Source: Anaeromyxobacteraceae bacterium (lineage in GTDB: Bacteria > Myxococcota > Myxococcia > Myxococcales > Anaeromyxobacteraceae). From it: DNA of 64,000 nucleotides. The stretch spans positions 64,001 to 128,000 of the forward strand of contig JAULAX010000010.1 of the NCBI GenBank assembly GCA_032654565.1, read 5' to 3'. Below are positions 61,415 through 64,000 of the stretch, piece after piece (position 1 is the first letter of the stretch; each line of letters begins with the position of its first letter). Below the pieces are notes generated by a model. The model was not told where the DNA came from. It saw nothing but the letters and a program-made list of their open reading frames with translations, and made no database searches. The translations under genes and the position numbers were made by a program.

Positions 61415-61875
61415 GGCGGCTCCTCATGACCATGGCGGTGCTCCTGCTGGCCGGCCCGGTGACGGGCCGGGCCGAGGAGGCCAGGCCCGGCGCCGCCACC
61501 GTCTCGCCGGCGCCGACGTCGGCGAGCACCTCGCCCCGGGCCACCGGACCGGCGACGGTCGGGCCCCGGGTCCGCTCCTCCCACCGGGTCGACGTCATCG
61601 CGCCCGGTGAGCGCGTCGATACCGTCATCGATCGGGTCCGCGCCGGTCGACCGGCCACCGGAGGCCCCGACGGCGGCCGCGGACCGGGTGGCGGTCCAGG
61701 TCCAGGGCCGGGGCAAGGACCGGGATCAGGACCAGGACAAGGACCAGGAGGTGGCCCACCGCCGGGCGCTGGACCATCGACAGGACCTGGACCTGGCGGT
61801 CCTGGATCGAGGCCCGGACCCGGGATGGGCCCGGGCCTTGGCGGTCCACCTTCGGCGGATCGCCCTCGCCGATGA
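61411..61875 (+). CDS. Secreted protein with Gly/Pro-repeat tail
   Basis: Signal peptide, short globular motif, GPG repeats; ATGA overlaps at both ends. Confidence 0.72.
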   Translation: MRRLLMTMAVLLLAGPVTGRAEEARPGAATVSPAPTSASTSPRATGPATVGPRVRSSHRVDVIAPGERVDTVIDRVRAGRPATGGPDGGRGPGGGPGPGPGQGPGSGPGQGPGGGPPPGAGPSTGPGPGGPGSRPGPGMGPGLGGPPSADRPRR

Positions 61876-63458
61876 CGCTCGCCAGCGCCCTGGCGCTGCT
61901 CCTGGCCACGGCACCCCTCGACCCCCTCGCCGGAGCCCGCGGCGCCTTCGCCGCCGGGGACTACGCTCTCGCCGAGCGGCTGGCGCTGGAGGGGCAGGCC
62001 GAGCCGCCCGCGGCGGCGCTCTACCTCGCCGGCCTGGCCCGCTTCCGGGCCGGCCGCCCCGCCGAGGCGCTGGAGGCGCTGGACCGGGCCGAGGCCGGCG
62101 CCGACTCCGCGGCCGCCTGGCACTTCAACCGCGGCGCCTGCCTCTACCAGCTCGCGCGTCACGCCGAGGCCGAGGCCGCCTTCCTGGTCGCCGCTGCGGA
62201 CCCGGCCTTCGCGCCGCTGGCGCTGGTCAACGCCGGCTTCGCCGCGCTCGACGCCGGCGAGGCGACGCGGGCCGGCGAGCTGGCGGCGCGGGCTCGTGGC
62301 GTGGCGACCGGCCCGGCCCTGGAGCTGGTCGAGGAGCTGGAGCAGGCGCTCGAGGCCGGCCCGGGCCGGACCGGCGAGCCTCCCGCCAGCGGATCTCCAG
62401 CGAAGCCCCCGGCGCCGGCGGCGACGCCGACCTCCCAGCTCACCGCCGAGGCCCACCTGGAGGCCGGCTGGGACAGCGACGCCCTGCGCTCCGGCACCGG
62501 CGTGCTGGAGCGGCCCCACCAGTCGGACGGCGCCGGCAGCCCCCTGGTGGCGGCCGCCGCGGCGCTGGCCTGGCGCGGCCCGGTGCTCGGGGCCACGGCC
62601 CAGGCGAGCTACGCCTTCAACCAGGTCGCCTACCTGAAGCCGCAGGCCCGGGACCGGAGCGACCAGGAGCACGACCTCCGCCTGGCGGCCCGGGTGGCCC
62701 CGACGCCGCAGCTCCAGCTCGAGCTCTCGCTCTTCGGCCAGTACGCGCTGGCCGGTCTCTCCAAGCTGCGCGGCCTGCAGGCGGCGGGTGGGGCCCGGCT
62801 GGCCGCCTCCTACGACCTGTCGCCGTCGCAGACCAGCCGCGCCGGCGGCTCCTTCACCGCCAAGCAGGGGGTCGGCAGCGAGTTCGCCTCGCTCACCGGC
62901 GATCGCTGGGAGGCCGACGCCTCGCACGAGGTCCGCTGGGAGCGGCTCGCCCTCGAGGCCGGCTACCGGCTTCGGCTCGAGCGGATCGGCATCGTCTCCA
63001 CGTCGCGCCCGCCGATTCCGCTCGGGGCGGCGCCCTGTCCGCTGGGCTGCGCGGTCACCGACCGGGAGCCGCTCAGCTACCTCGGCCAGACCGGCTGGCT
63101 GGCGGCGCGGCTGGAGCCGTGGTCCTGGCTGCGACTCGACCTCGACGCTGGCCTGGAGTGGCGGCTCTACGACGACACCATGGGGACCATCCTGACAGGC
63201 CCGGATGGCGCCGGGGTGCTGGTCGGCGCCAGGCAGCGGCACGAGCGGCGCTGGTTCACCGGCGAGACCGCCGCGTTCCGGGTCGCCCCCTGGCTCTCGC
63301 TCAGCCTCCGGCACGACTGGCTGGACAGCCGCTCCGCCCTCCAGGCGGTGCCCGGAGGCGTCATGTGCCCGGCCTCGCAGCCGGCCTGCCCTCCGGTCGG
63401 CGCCGTCGAGCGCTGGAGCAAGCACGTCCTGACGCTGGGCGCCTCGCTGGCCTGGTAG
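61872..63458 (+). CDS. TPR + outer-membrane beta-barrel protein
   Basis: Signal peptide, N-terminal TPRs, amphipathic strands, C-terminal LTLGASLAW. Confidence 0.8.
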   Translation: MTLASALALLLATAPLDPLAGARGAFAAGDYALAERLALEGQAEPPAAALYLAGLARFRAGRPAEALEALDRAEAGADSAAAWHFNRGACLYQLARHAEAEAAFLVAAADPAFAPLALVNAGFAALDAGEATRAGELAARARGVATGPALELVEELEQALEAGPGRTGEPPASGSPAKPPAPAATPTSQLTAEAHLEAGWDSDALRSGTGVLERPHQSDGAGSPLVAAAAALAWRGPVLGATAQASYAFNQVAYLKPQARDRSDQEHDLRLAARVAPTPQLQLELSLFGQYALAGLSKLRGLQAAGGARLAASYDLSPSQTSRAGGSFTAKQGVGSEFASLTGDRWEADASHEVRWERLALEAGYRLRLERIGIVSTSRPPIPLGAAPCPLGCAVTDREPLSYLGQTGWLAARLEPWSWLRLDLDAGLEWRLYDDTMGTILTGPDGAGVLVGARQRHERRWFTGETAAFRVAPWLSLSLRHDWLDSRSALQAVPGGVMCPASQPACPPVGAVERWSKHVLTLGASLAW

Positions 63459-63501
63459 CTGGCTGCGTCAAGGCTGACGCGCCGCGGCAGGATCGGTCAG
63501 C

Positions 63502-63520
63502 GAACTACTCTGGGACGGGA
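63502..63520. repeat. Isolated copy of the RAYT-end repeat
   Basis: AACTACTCTGGGACGGGA (63503-63520) identical to 44760-44777. Confidence 0.85.
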
Positions 63521-63629
63521 TCTGGGGTGAGGTGTAACGTCGCAGCCTCGTCATCTGCGGGAAGGACACGGCGTCGCAGCTCCTCGCGGGCTGGTCGCCC
63601 GAAGCACCGGAACCGCAGGGGAGGTGCGC

Positions 63630-64000
63630 ATGGAGACCGGCGAGGACCAGAACGTCCTGCACGCCTTCTACCGGGTGGTGCGGGAGAGACGCGGGGAGAC
63701 CTACCTCTCGCAGCCGGTCGGTGGCGGCCGGGTCGATGACCTCTCCTTCGACCGCACGCTCGACGAGTCGAAGCGGATGGCCGCCTACCTGCGCTCGCTC
63801 GGCCTGCCGCCGGGGAGCCGCGTCGGCATCGTCTCCAAGAACTGCGCCCACTTCTTCCTCGCCGACCTGGCCATCTGGATGGCGGGGCTGGTCCCGGTGG
63901 CGCTCTTCCCCACCTACTCCGCCGCCACCGTGCGCTACGTCCTCGAGCACAGCGACTGCCAGCTGCTCTTCGTCGGCAAGCTCGACGACTGGCCGGAGAT
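63630..64000 (+). CDS. AMP-binding long-chain fatty acid-CoA ligase, 5' part (runs off the window)
   Basis: GGAGG RBS; YLSQP, RVGIVSKNCAHF..DLAIWMAG, YVLEHS..LFVGKLD. Confidence 0.85.
   Translation, partial: METGEDQNVLHAFYRVVRERRGETYLSQPVGGGRVDDLSFDRTLDESKRMAAYLRSLGLPPGSRVGIVSKNCAHFFLADLAIWMAGLVPVALFPTYSAATVRYVLEHSDCQLLFVGKLDDWPE

Noticed and set aside
61607..61875. Alternative frame reading DRDQDQDKDQ, suggesting a frameshift in the Gly/Pro gene
   Set aside because: The Gly/Pro frame ends in a clean ATGA overlap with the next gene; high GC3 in the shifted frame follows trivially from Gly/Pro first positions

Overview
Very GC-rich bacterial window, most consistent with an Anaeromyxobacter-like myxobacterium (inferred from gene content and codon bias). 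It has about 55 protein-coding genes; I saw no rRNA, tRNA or CRISPR array. Core genes include a photolyase, pyruvate carboxylase, RsmE, a TrmJ-like methyltransferase, SlyD, an RND pump with TetR, a DEAD-box helicase, cardiolipin synthase, two multiheme cytochromes and a two-gene acyl-CoA carboxylase. The most interesting region is a divergent 10-kb locus (53.3-63.5 kb). One arm encodes a stand-alone PqqD/RRE protein, an ATP-grasp ligase, a LysA-fold PLP decarboxylase, a urea-transporter/M23-peptidase fusion, a TPR/beta-barrel protein and a TPR protein. The other arm encodes an ECF sigma, a putative anti-sigma, a Gly/Pro-rich secreted protein and a second TPR/beta-barrel protein. ECF-type promoter matches occur on both arms and no precursor peptide is evident. 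Other notable items: a Y1/RAYT-type HUH transposase flanked by inverted repeats whose motif (AAYTACTCTGGGAYGG) recurs about 7 times; a kinase-paired ECF sigma with an apparently duplicated region 4; a degenerate thymidylate-kinase-like protein; a collapsed MFS remnant; a single-base frameshift in a large FAD/Fe-S oxidoreductase; and a recurrent leaderless-type TANNNT-N6-8-start signature. All family calls come from motif recognition by eye; no database search was run.
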